This document shows positions 1 to 9,777 of a DNA stretch of 53,179 nt, piece after piece. The notes below the pieces were generated by a model, which saw only the letters and a program-made list of their open reading frames with translations, had not been told where the DNA came from and did no database searches. Source of the DNA: a virus (Duplodnaviria; Caudoviricetes); IMG/VR virus record IMGVR_UViG_3300032053_000105, positions 1-53,179 of that record. One strand, written 5' to 3'. Each line of letters begins with the position of its first letter. The first letter of the stretch is position 1. The position numbers were made by a program, and so were the translations under genes.

Positions 1-125
1 TTAATCACCCAACTTTTAGCCGAACAAAATGACAAACTGAACAAATACTGCGAAAAGAAAATAAACCAAGCCTACGCCGACGCTCAAGACGGAGCGGACG
101 AGGCAACGCACAAAGCGATGGACGA
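1..125. repeat. Terminal direct repeat, copy 1 (identical to 53033-53157)
   Basis: Direct comparison of both ends; identity stops after ATGGACGA (126 A vs 53158 G). Confidence 0.95.
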
Positions 126-246
126 AGAGTTAGCCGAACAGAAGAAGGAGTTTGTGAAGGTGTTGGAAAATGTTTTAGACCCGACTAAGGGCGACCTGAG
201 GGGTAGACAACAAATTGAGGAAATATCTAACTTTTTAGCCAGATAG
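1..246 (+). CDS. 3' part of hypothetical protein that begins at 52868 if circular
   Basis: Frame 1 open (LITQLLAEQ...NFLAR) to TAG 244-246; in frame with ATG 52868 across the repeat. Confidence 0.7.
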   Translation, partial: LITQLLAEQNDKLNKYCEKKINQAYADAQDGADEATHKAMDEELAEQKKEFVKVLENVLDPTKGDLRGRQQIEEISNFLAR

Positions 247-256
247 AAAGGACTAA

Positions 257-577
257 ATGAAAAACATAACGATTGAAAGTATTGAGAAAGAGTTTGATGA
301 AAGATTTATTTTGCCTGACCCAATAGAAATGGAACTACACGGGCAAATAGTTAGGCTTTCACCAAAAATTGCCAGACGAATCAAATCCTTCTACCGCTCC
401 CAAATCAAGGCAATAGTTGAGGGAATACCGAGTGAGAAGTTAAGATCTCCAAAAGCATTAAGGAGAGCTATTAAATATCTTTCTGGTAAAGAGCAAGATG
501 GTAAAGATGTTCAAGGTTACAACGCTAAAGCCCAAGAAGTCTCTAACTATAAGCAACAGGTTTTAGAAAGGATCTAA
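257..577 (+). CDS. Hypothetical protein, paralogue of 578-829
   Basis: Shares MKNITIE, IKAIVxGIP, EVSNYK; SD AAAGGA. Confidence 0.8.
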   Translation: MKNITIESIEKEFDERFILPDPIEMELHGQIVRLSPKIARRIKSFYRSQIKAIVEGIPSEKLRSPKALRRAIKYLSGKEQDGKDVQGYNAKAQEVSNYKQQVLERI

Positions 578-829
578 ATGAAAAACATAACGATTGAAAA
601 GAAAGCAAAAAGTATATTGGATAAAGAAGCGTTTTGTTTAGTAAAGAATGGTGTTCATTATCGTCAAGCCACCAAAGAAATTATGTCTTTAATCAAGGCA
701 ATAGTTGATGGAATACCTGAATACAAACACAAAGAAGGTTTAGATATTTTTGAAACAGCAAAGGCAGGAAGTGATTATATGAGTGAAGTCTCTAACTATA
801 AGCACCAACTAAAGAAAGGATTGAAGTGA
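578..829 (+). CDS. Hypothetical protein, paralogue of 257-577
   Basis: Same shared blocks; SD AAAGGA. Confidence 0.8.
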   Translation: MKNITIEKKAKSILDKEAFCLVKNGVHYRQATKEIMSLIKAIVDGIPEYKHKEGLDIFETAKAGSDYMSEVSNYKHQLKKGLK

Positions 830-1002
830 GCATATTTCTAAAGATTGTAGTAGTTTTTTTAATCTTATGGGCTTTGAATATCTGGCTAATTAAAAGACGA
901 TGGTATAAAAATTGGAAATCGTTAGACTTTGAAGATTATAGTATGGCTTTTTTGGGGGTATTAGTAGAACCAGCATTTTTGTTTATACATTTTAGTAGAT
1001 AA
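826..1002 (+). CDS. Small membrane protein (58 aa, not in ORF track)
   Basis: GTG within repeat; hydrophobic N-terminus SIFLKIVVVFLILWALNIWLI. Confidence 0.65.
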   Translation: MSIFLKIVVVFLILWALNIWLIKRRWYKNWKSLDFEDYSMAFLGVLVEPAFLFIHFSR

Positions 1003-1028
1003 TAGCACCAACTAAAGAAAGGATTGAA

Positions 1029-1223
1029 GTGAAGATAGAGATAAAAGACCCAAAATTTGATGAGGAAATTTACAGAGTAGTATTTCGTGCTTGTGCTATA
1101 TATGGGTTACCTTTTGCCATATGGATAAACAAGAATATGGACAGATTTTACGATGAATACTTGAAAGAAAAAAGATTACCGCCAAATAACTATAAGCAAC
1201 AAATAAAGAAAGGATTGAAGTGA
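1029..1223 (+). CDS. Hypothetical protein
   Basis: Starts and ends in junction repeats; C-terminus NYKQQIKKGLK resembles 578-829. Confidence 0.7.
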   Translation: MKIEIKDPKFDEEIYRVVFRACAIYGLPFAIWINKNMDRFYDEYLKEKRLPPNNYKQQIKKGLK

Positions 1224-1387
1224 TGAACGATGAGTTATATGTAAAATATAAAGTCAACTTTAGAGGCTCTATCGGTGAATACTTTGAATCGCTTGCCAAG
1301 TTAGACGACAACAAACTGAACCGTTTTAATTTATCTGCCAATGACAGGTACACCGTTTCTTTGGTTAAAAGATTAAACGGACAATAG
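1220..1387 (+). CDS. Hypothetical protein (55 aa, not in track)
   Basis: Open frame exactly between repeats 3 and 4. Confidence 0.6.
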   Translation: MMNDELYVKYKVNFRGSIGEYFESLAKLDDNKLNRFNLSANDRYTVSLVKRLNGQ

Positions 1388-1410
1388 CACCAACTAAAGA
1401 AAGGATTGGG

Positions 1411-1569
1411 GTGAATTATTTACACGCTGTCGGTTGGGGAATATTCTCGCTTATTATTTCTATGCTCGTGATAAGTATATTTTTAGTAGGCAATGCGGGA
1501 AAGGTTTATAAGGAAATTATCATCATATCTGTTTTTATTGGTTTGGCGGTATTTTTAATAACCCTTTAA
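1411..1569 (+). CDS. Small two-TM membrane protein (52 aa, not in track)
   Basis: GTG in repeat 4; two hydrophobic stretches. Confidence 0.65.
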   Translation: MNYLHAVGWGIFSLIISMLVISIFLVGNAGKVYKEIIIISVFIGLAVFLITL

Positions 1570-1589
1570 CAAATATTAGGAGGTAAGAA

Positions 1590-1721
1590 ATGAGTAGATT
1601 TAGTGGAACTTGCGACTGTCAATGCGGTAATTGCCAAAATAAATTACACCAGCATTGTGAATTTAACTGTGATGAACAGGCGAGAAAGGATAGTGAAGAT
1701 GATGCAATGTCCGAAGTGTAA
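1590..1721 (+). CDS. Small Cys/His-rich protein (43 aa)
   Basis: SD AGGAGG; CDCQCGNC...HQHC...C. Confidence 0.6.
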   Translation: MSRFSGTCDCQCGNCQNKLHQHCEFNCDEQARKDSEDDAMSEV

Positions 1722-1856
1722 GAAAGAGATAAAAGAAATAAGGTTAGAAGATTATCTAAATTCTTCTGGAACGCAAGGGACAGAACCTTTATACAAACTG
1801 AAAAAGACAAGTTTTAAAGAAGTTAAATATGTCAGAACAACTCCTTAAACATTTTA

Positions 1857-1938
1857 TGGGCTGGGATAGTGGTGTGCCAAGTTGCGAAACTTGATGTATA
1901 CCGCACAGAAAAGTGCAGACTATTTTCGCCCCAGCCCA
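1857..1938 (+). ncRNA. Putative structured intergenic RNA element
   Basis: Closing stem TGGGCTGGG/CCCAGCCCA, inner CAAGTT-GCGA-AACTTG and GCAC/GTGC hairpins. Confidence 0.5.
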
Positions 1939-1969
1939 ATTGAGCGTTTAAGAAGAAAGGAAAAGAGGA

Positions 1970-2377
1970 ATGAAGATAGAAATTGTTATCCCCAAAGGTG
2001 CTGGAACGAATACTGAATTAGGATTGGTGGCTTTAACCGAAGCCATAAGCAATAAAACTGGTGAAAGTGGAGGTTATGGTTTGGGTGGCGAAAATGGTTA
2101 TGGGCATAATTATGAGAACAAAACTTTTATGATGCACCGCTTCTGTTGGTGTGAAAAAGAGGATTGCGGTTGGTGTGCGGGGATTGGGGCTATGCCTCAA
2201 CTGGTTAGAGATTCTATGGGTGTTAAATACTCTGAAAGCGAAAGATTACCAAATTTTCTTTATAAGCCAACTAATGTAAAAATTTGGTGGTATAAGTGGA
2301 TTGGAAGAAGCCAAGAGCAAAAAGGAAAATTGCCAAAGGGTTGGTTGAAAAAATGTTTAAAAAGTTTAAGTCTTTAA
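1970..2377 (+). CDS. Hypothetical phage protein (Cys-containing)
   Basis: 135 aa ORF with SD; FCWC..C..C and WYKWIGR. Confidence 0.75.
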   Translation: MKIEIVIPKGAGTNTELGLVALTEAISNKTGESGGYGLGGENGYGHNYENKTFMMHRFCWCEKEDCGWCAGIGAMPQLVRDSMGVKYSESERLPNFLYKPTNVKIWWYKWIGRSQEQKGKLPKGWLKKCLKSLSL

Positions 2378-2406
2378 AAACTTAATTAGAGAGAGAGGAG
2401 AGAAAG

Positions 2407-2628
2407 ATGGGAAAGATTATGTTAGTTATTGGTTTAATTGTTAGCGGATTAGTTTTTTCGGGATGTACTACCTATAAATATGCTGTTTGCTCGTCAGGAT
2501 TTAATTCAGTTTGTATAGTTACCGATAATCTTAATTCACTAAAAAAAGAAGGTAATTGCATTACTGATGGCGTGGAACAAATTTGTGGTAGTTATAGTAC
2601 TTATGATCGGGGTGGATATTCTAAATAA
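2407..2628 (+). CDS. Putative small lipoprotein
   Basis: Signal peptide with FSGC lipobox. Confidence 0.6.
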   Translation: MGKIMLVIGLIVSGLVFSGCTTYKYAVCSSGFNSVCIVTDNLNSLKKEGNCITDGVEQICGSYSTYDRGGYSK

Positions 2629-2847
2629 ACTTTTAACTAACCTTAAAGATTAAAAAGACACCAATGAACCGTAAAACATTCTGTAAATTATTAGAAGCCT
2701 TTGAAAGTTATGTCGGTATTACTAATGACTGGTTTGATTTAACACCCTACGAGAAAAGAATCTTAAAGAGAGCCCACCAAAAAGAATTTTTAGACTGTTT
2801 GAGAACATATAAAGTTTTTATAAAATAATAAAAGTAAAGGAGAAGAG

Positions 2848-3690
2848 ATGACAAGAATCGGAATAATTGGCTTTGGAATGGTAGGTAAAGCGATTGAGTT
2901 TGGTTTTGGTCTAACTCACGAAGTTAAAATCTATGATCCAAAGTATCCTGAATTGGATACGATCAAAGATGTAGTCGAAACAAGTGACTATATTTTTGTA
3001 TCCGTGCCAACACCGATGAAGAAAAATGGCGAAATAAATCTCAAGACTCTGAGTGCGGTAATTGATAATCTGGCTAAAACCATTCCGATAACTCGTCATC
3101 CGGTTATTATCATTAAGTCAACAATCATCCCCGGCACGACTCGAAGATATCAACAGAAGTATTCCTATCTCAAATTTGTCTTTAATCCCGAATTCTTAAC
3201 CGAAAGGAATCACAAGTTAGACTTTATTAACACGGCTCGGATCATACTCGGCGGGGAAAAGGAGATCGTAAATAAGATTGAGAAAGAAGTTTACCGACCG
3301 AGATTCGAACATACACCGATTTTCAAAACTGATTGGGAAACAGCCGAATTTGTTAAATACATGTGTAATACTTTTTTTGCCAATAAAGTCATCTTTATGA
3401 ATGTTATTAGAAAAGCAGTTGACAAATTCAATGAAAGTAATTTGGGTGCAAATATAGATTGGGATATGGCGGTTAAGTGTTTTTTGGCGGATCAGAGAAT
3501 AGGTAATTCTCACTACCAAGTGCCGGGACACGACGGAGATTTTGGTTTCGGCGGAACTTGTTTTCCTAAAGATCTAAACGCTTTTATCTGGTGGCTTAAG
3601 GATCAAGGTTTAAAAGATGAAGCGAATTATTTCAAGAGTGTTTGGAAATTAAATCTTAAATATAGAAAAAACAAGGACTGGGAAAAATGA
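2848..3690 (+). CDS. UDP-glucose/GDP-mannose dehydrogenase family (short, lacks the C-terminal domain)
   Basis: GFGMVG, VPTP, IKSTIIPG, NPEFL, GFGGTCFPKD. Confidence 0.92.
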   Translation: MTRIGIIGFGMVGKAIEFGFGLTHEVKIYDPKYPELDTIKDVVETSDYIFVSVPTPMKKNGEINLKTLSAVIDNLAKTIPITRHPVIIIKSTIIPGTTRRYQQKYSYLKFVFNPEFLTERNHKLDFINTARIILGGEKEIVNKIEKEVYRPRFEHTPIFKTDWETAEFVKYMCNTFFANKVIFMNVIRKAVDKFNESNLGANIDWDMAVKCFLADQRIGNSHYQVPGHDGDFGFGGTCFPKDLNAFIWWLKDQGLKDEANYFKSVWKLNLKYRKNKDWEK

Positions 3691-4601
3691 AAACTTTAGT
3701 TACGGGCGGATCGGGTTTTATAGGGAGTCATATTGTTGATAGATTAATCAAAGATGGCCATGAAGTGACTGTGATTGATAATCTTTCGACAGGCAAGTTT
3801 AAAAATTTAGAGAAATCTATTGCTGACATAATTTTTATTAATGGTGATATTAGGGATTTAGATTTACTAATGGACAAATTTAAAGGGATTGATGTAGTCT
3901 TCCACACCGCCGCCAAAGCGAGGGTTCAACCCTCTTTTACCGATCCTTTATTTTACTCGGACAATAATATCGGTGGGACGCTTAATGTCTTATGGGCGGC
4001 GAAGGAGAACAAAGTCAAGAGGGTGGTCTATTCCGCTTCGAGTTCCGCTTATGGTGATCAAGATAAGATGCCTTTAAAAGAAACGATGATCCCGAATCCT
4101 AAATCTCCTTATGCTCTGACAAAGTATGTAGGAGAATTAAATATGAAACTCTGGGCGGATTATTACGGCGTGGAAACTGTGTCTTTGCGTTACTTCAATG
4201 TTTACGGAAAAAGACAGACTGATTTAATTGATGGTGCTTATGCGACTGTAATTGGAGTATTTTTAGGACAAGTAACACAAAAGAAACCAATTACAATCGT
4301 TGGAGATGGGTTTCAAAGGCGTGATTTTACTTATATCGATGACATTACCGAGGCAAATATTAAGGCGGGTATGTCGCAAAATGTAGGTAAAGGTGAAGTT
4401 ATAAATATCGGTTATGGGAAAAATTATTCTATTTTAGAAGTTGCCGATTTAATTGGTGGCAAAGATTATCCTAAAAAGTTTCTGCCAGCGAGAAAAGAAC
4501 CAAAAAATACTCAAGCTGATAATACTTTGTGTCAGAAACTACTCAGCTTTAAACCAGAGATATCTTTAAAAGAAGGATTGAAATGTATAAGCCAGAAATA
4601 A
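3687..4601 (+). CDS. NAD-dependent nucleotide-sugar epimerase/dehydratase
   Basis: TGGSGFIG, SSSAYG, YALTK, LRYFNVYG, RDFTYI. Confidence 0.95.
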   Translation: MKTLVTGGSGFIGSHIVDRLIKDGHEVTVIDNLSTGKFKNLEKSIADIIFINGDIRDLDLLMDKFKGIDVVFHTAAKARVQPSFTDPLFYSDNNIGGTLNVLWAAKENKVKRVVYSASSSAYGDQDKMPLKETMIPNPKSPYALTKYVGELNMKLWADYYGVETVSLRYFNVYGKRQTDLIDGAYATVIGVFLGQVTQKKPITIVGDGFQRRDFTYIDDITEANIKAGMSQNVGKGEVINIGYGKNYSILEVADLIGGKDYPKKFLPARKEPKNTQADNTLCQKLLSFKPEISLKEGLKCISQK

Positions 4602-5203
4602 GATTAAGTTTTGATGATGCCGGAAGAGATGAAAATGATAGTGACGATATGCAATTAGCAAAGTTATTGAAAAAATACGGATTCGGGAAAGTTGTAACTT
4701 TTTATTGTATGCCATTTCAAAAGGATTTGATTAGGTATTTAGCAAAAGATTTTGAGATCGGTGCTCATACAGTCAATCATCCGCAAGATTTAAAAGAATT
4801 AAGTGGTTGGCAGGTGAAATATGAAATTGAAGAATCAAAGACTTTATTGGAAAAGATTTGTAAACGGACAATTAAATCATTCTGTTATCCAAGAGGACGA
4901 TATGGTAATCGGGAAATCAGATATGTTAAAGGGGCAGGTTTTAATGAAGCAAGAACGACGGTTGTGGGTTGTATTGAGAAGCCGGATAATCCATTTCGGC
5001 TTGACACTTCAGCCCATATCTGCCCGATAAGAAAAGAATATGTAGGCACGACTTGGTTTGATGAAGCGAAGAAGTTATTTGATAAGGTGATGAATGGGGA
5101 AGGTGATTATTACCATTTGTGGTCGCACGGATGGGAAATTAGTAAATATAGCGAATGGGATAATTTAGAGGAGTTTTTATACTATATGAGGAGTAAATTA
5201 TGA
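4583..5203 (+). CDS. Polysaccharide deacetylase (NodB/CE4)
   Basis: SFDD, EIGAHTVNH, FCYPRG, HLWSHGWE. Confidence 0.88.
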   Translation: MYKPEIRLSFDDAGRDENDSDDMQLAKLLKKYGFGKVVTFYCMPFQKDLIRYLAKDFEIGAHTVNHPQDLKELSGWQVKYEIEESKTLLEKICKRTIKSFCYPRGRYGNREIRYVKGAGFNEARTTVVGCIEKPDNPFRLDTSAHICPIRKEYVGTTWFDEAKKLFDKVMNGEGDYYHLWSHGWEISKYSEWDNLEEFLYYMRSKL

Positions 5204-5330
5204 AAATAGAAGGTGAAAATTGTGGATGTAGTTGTTTAGGTTGTGCATTAGAATTATTTGGATTAGCTTTGGTTATTTATATGCTGACACACTGGGATAA
5301 AGTAATGGGTTTAGTAGAAAGGATTTTTAA

Positions 5331-6191
5331 TTGAAAATCTACATCCCACAACTTTTCAGACAAGGAGTATTTGGAGGGGGTTGGCAATTCAGCCATACCT
5401 TCGCCAAGTTCGCTAAATGGGCGGAGTTCGTTGACGACCCAATGAAAGCGGAAATTTATTTTATTGCTGGTAGTAGCCAAGTTGAAGATAAATACGAACC
5501 CGAAAGAGCCAAAGCCAATGGAGCGAAAATTATACTCCGTATTGACAACGCTTTAAAAAATTCCAATAATCGGGGAACAGGAATGCCGAGAATGAAAAAG
5601 TATTCTGGGCTTGCTGATCTGGTGATTTACCAGTCGCAGTGGGCTCGGGACTATTTGAAACCTTTTACTGAAAAAGATGGTCCCGTTATTTTAAACGGGG
5701 TTGACCAATCAATTTTTAAACCGCCAAAGCAAAGATTAGATAATGTATATCTTTATTCCCGCAGTTCCCGTGATGACCAGAAAGGCTGGCATCGAGCGTG
5801 GTATGAATATCAGATGATCCAAAGAAAAAACCCCAATGCTCAACTATGGATAATAGGAAAATTTAGTAAAGAGAATTTAGAATATAATTTTGATTTTTTC
5901 AATAACGAAAACTGGAAGTATTTAGGTGTTATCAGCAATCAGGAAACAATGGCACAGATTTATCAAGATGCGAGTTATTTACTTTTCACGGCATTTGGGG
6001 ATGCGTGTAGTAATACTTTAATTGAGGCACTGGAAAGCGGAATGCGATTAGTTCCAACTTACGAACTAACTACTGGCGGTTCGCCTGAAATAATGGATTG
6101 CAAAGATTTATCGGCGGAGAGAATGGTAAAAGAATATCACGAGGAGTTTTATGAGTTATTACAAAAACCAGCTGAACGAGTATCTGGCTAA
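5331..6191 (+). CDS. Glycosyltransferase, GT-B (GT4-like)
   Basis: GGG loop, VILNGVD, DACSNTLIEA. Confidence 0.88.
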   Translation: MKIYIPQLFRQGVFGGGWQFSHTFAKFAKWAEFVDDPMKAEIYFIAGSSQVEDKYEPERAKANGAKIILRIDNALKNSNNRGTGMPRMKKYSGLADLVIYQSQWARDYLKPFTEKDGPVILNGVDQSIFKPPKQRLDNVYLYSRSSRDDQKGWHRAWYEYQMIQRKNPNAQLWIIGKFSKENLEYNFDFFNNENWKYLGVISNQETMAQIYQDASYLLFTAFGDACSNTLIEALESGMRLVPTYELTTGGSPEIMDCKDLSAERMVKEYHEEFYELLQKPAERVSG

Positions 6192-6744
6192 ATCAGAAGT
6201 AAAGACTGGCAAAGTGCTTGATATTGGAGGATCGGCAGGTTCTGTGAAAGACAAAGTAAAATCATTTAAAGTTGACGAATATCTGATTTTAGATAATAAT
6301 GCAGAAGCCAAATACTGCAAAGATTGGAAACAACCAGATTTATTCTGGGATATGAATAAAGATATCGAGGAATCGTTAGAGTTAAAAGATTACCATAACT
6401 ACTTTGACCAGATATTTATGTTAGAAGTCGCAGAATATTTATACGATCCAATGACTGCTTTTCAAAATATAACGAAACTTTTAAAGCCAGGCGGAGTGTT
6501 AATCTGTTCTGGGCCATTTATTTACCCTTATCACTCGCCAGGAGACATTGATTATATGAGATATACCCTGAAGGGGATTCAAAAATTGATTGAAGAAGCA
6601 GGTTTGACTTTGTGTGCTTTACATAAGAGAGTGGCGAAATATCCGGATGTTTTATCTGATTTTTATATGTTAGAGAAAATGCATCCATTAAAAGGTTCGC
6701 CAGATCACGAAGTCATCGGGTTTATCGTGGAGGCAGTCAAATGA
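6151..6744 (+). CDS. Class I SAM-dependent methyltransferase
   Basis: VLDIGG, LLKPGG, PFIYPYH..DYMRYT. Confidence 0.88.
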   Translation: MSYYKNQLNEYLAKSEVKTGKVLDIGGSAGSVKDKVKSFKVDEYLILDNNAEAKYCKDWKQPDLFWDMNKDIEESLELKDYHNYFDQIFMLEVAEYLYDPMTAFQNITKLLKPGGVLICSGPFIYPYHSPGDIDYMRYTLKGIQKLIEEAGLTLCALHKRVAKYPDVLSDFYMLEKMHPLKGSPDHEVIGFIVEAVK

Positions 6745-7403
6745 ATATAATTCTTATCGTAGTGGGTTTAATCATATTTGAGATTGTTACCAGCATAGAT
6801 AATGCTATTATTAATGCCGATGTCTTGACTAAAATGCAACCTAAAGCAAGAAAATGGTTTCTGACTTGGGGAATATTTATTGCAGTATTTGTGGTGAGGG
6901 GAGTGTTACCGTTTATACTGATTTATACACTACAATCAAAAATTTTGATAATAGGTGGAGTATTTTTAGTATTATTATTTGCAAGATGGATTATTGAGAA
7001 ACACAAATATTATGAATTTTTAAAGAATAAAGTTAATAAAAGATTCAATATAGATAATGATACCGGAAGAATAGTTTATTTAGAAATTTTAGACGCTTTT
7101 TTCTCAATAGATGGCGTAATAGGAGCATTCGCTTTTACTCTTTCAATACCTTTAATATTAATTGGAAATGGAATAGGTGCGATTGTAGTCAGACAGTTGA
7201 CGATTTATAATATTAGTTTATTAAAACAGTTTGCTTATCTTAAAAATGGAGCTATGTGGGCGATATTATTTCTTGGTTTAATTATGATTCTGGAAGGTAA
7301 TGGACAGAATTTTCCTTATTGGTTTTCGCCTATAATAACTTTCATAATTATTGGAATATTTTTATATAAATCTATTAAAAGAAATAGGAATTATGCGAAT
7401 TAA
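6741..7403 (+). CDS. TerC-like/DUF475 membrane protein (shortened)
   Basis: FEIVTSIDNAIINA and LEILDAFFSIDGVIGAFA; multiple TMs. Confidence 0.85.
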   Translation: MNIILIVVGLIIFEIVTSIDNAIINADVLTKMQPKARKWFLTWGIFIAVFVVRGVLPFILIYTLQSKILIIGGVFLVLLFARWIIEKHKYYEFLKNKVNKRFNIDNDTGRIVYLEILDAFFSIDGVIGAFAFTLSIPLILIGNGIGAIVVRQLTIYNISLLKQFAYLKNGAMWAILFLGLIMILEGNGQNFPYWFSPIITFIIIGIFLYKSIKRNRNYAN

Positions 7404-8436
7404 CATTTTTACAACACTTTCCGATCCTGAAAATAAGCAGTATTTTTGGAAAGAAGCTTTAGAAAACTATTTGGATTTTGCTGATGAGGTTATAGTTGTT
7501 GATGGTATGAATTATAAGGGGAAATGCCAAGATTTCAGTCTTCATGACCAAGATCATGATAAAAAGCATGATAGAGAAGAAACCGCATCAGAAATAAGAT
7601 ATTTATTATATGAAGATTTAGTTATTAAAACACATAAGGATGATGCTTACGATAAATTAAAAATTATTAATTATCCTTGGCCAGAAGAATTTGATTGGAA
7701 ATTTATCGGCGAGCAAATGCAACGAGGTTATGACGCTTGCACTGGTTCGTGGTGCTTGCGACTTGACGCAGATTACCTAATTCACGAAGATGACTTCCAA
7801 GCCATTCGAGACTTTTTAGAACATTGCGACAAACCGATTGCCCGCTTTGCCAAAAAACAATTTCTATTAGCCGATAGATACCGAGTGAAATCACTTTTGC
7901 CGATCGCTTTTAATAAAGGAAAGTTTGGTGATAGAATAAAATTGAATGGTGGTGGTGATTTGTGTCAGCCGACCATTGACGGGCGAGAACCAAGGGGAAA
8001 CGAGGTTGCTCCGATTTACAGACCCAAAATCTTAATAGCGATGGATGATGATACAAAAGAAGTGCAGAAACGAATGCCCGATATATTTGTCAAAAATGGA
8101 ATTACTTATCAAATGGTTGAGAGTATACCGATTTGGAATTATGAGTGTTTATTGAGAACGAAAGAAGTAGAAGCGAAAGAGTTTCATAGATTTGCTAAGG
8201 CTTGGAAGCGAACATTTAAAGAAGACCATTTAGGGGCTACATCAGAAAAGACCGCTTTGAAAAGTTTTATGGATATGCAGTTAGGAAGATTCAAAAATCA
8301 AACTTGGAAAAAGATACCATTAAGTCATCATCCGAAAGTTATACAAGAAACAATTAAAAATTTAAATAAAAACCAGTTCGGGTATTCCTTGTGGGAAAAT
8401 GCCGAACCAGCAAGTTATTTTAAGGAACACAAATGA
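7393..8436 (+). CDS. Glycosyltransferase, GT-A (GT2-like), paralogue 1
   Basis: DEVIVVDG, LDAD; start moved to ATG 7393. Confidence 0.8.
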   Translation: MRINIFTTLSDPENKQYFWKEALENYLDFADEVIVVDGMNYKGKCQDFSLHDQDHDKKHDREETASEIRYLLYEDLVIKTHKDDAYDKLKIINYPWPEEFDWKFIGEQMQRGYDACTGSWCLRLDADYLIHEDDFQAIRDFLEHCDKPIARFAKKQFLLADRYRVKSLLPIAFNKGKFGDRIKLNGGGDLCQPTIDGREPRGNEVAPIYRPKILIAMDDDTKEVQKRMPDIFVKNGITYQMVESIPIWNYECLLRTKEVEAKEFHRFAKAWKRTFKEDHLGATSEKTALKSFMDMQLGRFKNQTWKKIPLSHHPKVIQETIKNLNKNQFGYSLWENAEPASYFKEHK

Positions 8437-9437
8437 AAAATTATTGGCAACTAACGCAAGAATTTTCGACAGTTGGTGACAAAATGCTTCAACATTGCGA
8501 GGTATTAAATAATATTCAGAATAATAAAAAGTGGCGACCAATCACATTTCAGCTTTCACCGACAGGGGTTTGCGATTTTAATTGTCATTTTTGTTCAGTC
8601 GCTAACAGAGATAAAACCTTAATTTTGCCCTTTGAACAGATTGAAAAAGCCTTGAAAGATTTTAAGAGACTCGGGGCGAAAGCATTGGAGATTACAGGTG
8701 GCGGGAATCCGCTTTTATATCCTAAAATAAATGAAGTGATTGATTCGGCATATCAATTAGGCTATGATATTGGCGTGATTTCAAACAGTGTTGAACCTTT
8801 TAAATACCTGACCAGACGATCCGCCGAGCAATTAACTTGGTATCGGGCAAGTTTGAGTGCCTTTGATAATTTCGAGAACTTTAACTGGAAAAGATATAAC
8901 TTTGACGTAATTCCGAAAGGGATATTGGGGTTCTCTTACATCATTAACTCAAAAACGACCGAAGATAAGATCAGAAAGATTTACGAGTTGGTCAAAAGCC
9001 GACCTGATGTTAAGTTTGTGCGGATTGCCCCGAATTGTCTTGAGCCCGATTCAATTAAAACTTTTAAAATAAAATGGCAACCGATTATTGAAAAAATTGA
9101 TGATACGGGCAAATTCTTTTTGAAAGAAATCACCGAAGCCTATTTACCTTATCCTGATTTCTGTGCGGTGGGGATGATACGACCTTATGTCTGTGAAGAT
9201 GGATATATTTATTCTTGTTCAAGTTTCCTACTACGCAAGCGAAGGTTAGAACCTGAATGGCGGATAGGACATATCTCTGATATCAAGGGTATGTATAAAG
9301 AGTGTAATAAACGATATAAAGAAACTGGCAAGCCTTATGATGTGCCGATTGATAAGTGCTTTCATTGTATGCTTCCGAACAATAATAAATTTTTACATAA
9401 TGTTTGTCGAGAGATGAAAGATAAAAACTTTGCATAG
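8433..9437 (+). CDS. Radical SAM protein with C-terminal Cys cluster (SPASM/twitch-like)
   Basis: CDFNCHFC, ITGGGNPLL, DGYIYSC, CFHC. Confidence 0.92.
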   Translation: MKNYWQLTQEFSTVGDKMLQHCEVLNNIQNNKKWRPITFQLSPTGVCDFNCHFCSVANRDKTLILPFEQIEKALKDFKRLGAKALEITGGGNPLLYPKINEVIDSAYQLGYDIGVISNSVEPFKYLTRRSAEQLTWYRASLSAFDNFENFNWKRYNFDVIPKGILGFSYIINSKTTEDKIRKIYELVKSRPDVKFVRIAPNCLEPDSIKTFKIKWQPIIEKIDDTGKFFLKEITEAYLPYPDFCAVGMIRPYVCEDGYIYSCSSFLLRKRRLEPEWRIGHISDIKGMYKECNKRYKETGKPYDVPIDKCFHCMLPNNNKFLHNVCREMKDKNFA

Positions 9438-9777
9438 GAGGAAAATGAAAAAAAGATTTATGATTAAATATCTTATTGCGGAAGCGAAAGATCCAACAAA
9501 AAAGTTTGATTCTAAAAAAGAAGCTTTACGATGGGTTGATCAAATGAGAATTAAATTTCTCAAAATGGGACAATATTTTGAATTTGTATATTTATATGAT
9601 AAAAAAATAAAGAAATGGTTTCCTGTAGGTGGAATCAGAGGCTTAATCCGTATATATAATGATGGAACATTATATTATGATAAATGTTTTATTGATACAG
9701 AATGTTTTTCTATCGCTGAAAATCATGCAATAGCTTTGAATGATTTACAAAATTATAAAGCTTATGGATATATTTAG
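9430..9777 (+). CDS. Hypothetical protein (start uncertain)
   Basis: Tightly packed ORF. Confidence 0.6.
   Translation: MHRRKMKKRFMIKYLIAEAKDPTKKFDSKKEALRWVDQMRIKFLKMGQYFEFVYLYDKKIKKWFPVGGIRGLIRIYNDGTLYYDKCFIDTECFSIAENHAIALNDLQNYKAYGYI

Larger units (their letters stand above)
801..1414 (+). repeat. Four gene-junction repeats, consensus AGCACCAACTAAAGAAAGGATTGAAGTGA (801-829, 1004-1032, ~1195-1223, 1386-1414)
   Basis: Read directly; each copy supplies SD and GTG start for the next ORF. Confidence 0.9.

Noticed and set aside
801-1414. CRISPR array
   Set aside because: Spacers are about 160-175 nt and are intact ORFs; repeats are SD/start junctions; no cas genes
1857-1938. tRNA gene
   Set aside because: No TTCRA T-loop or D-arm consensus
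4569-4585. Fifth copy of the junction repeat (AAAGAAGGATTGAAATG)
   Set aside because: Explained by the conserved LKEGLK end of the epimerase doubling as an SD
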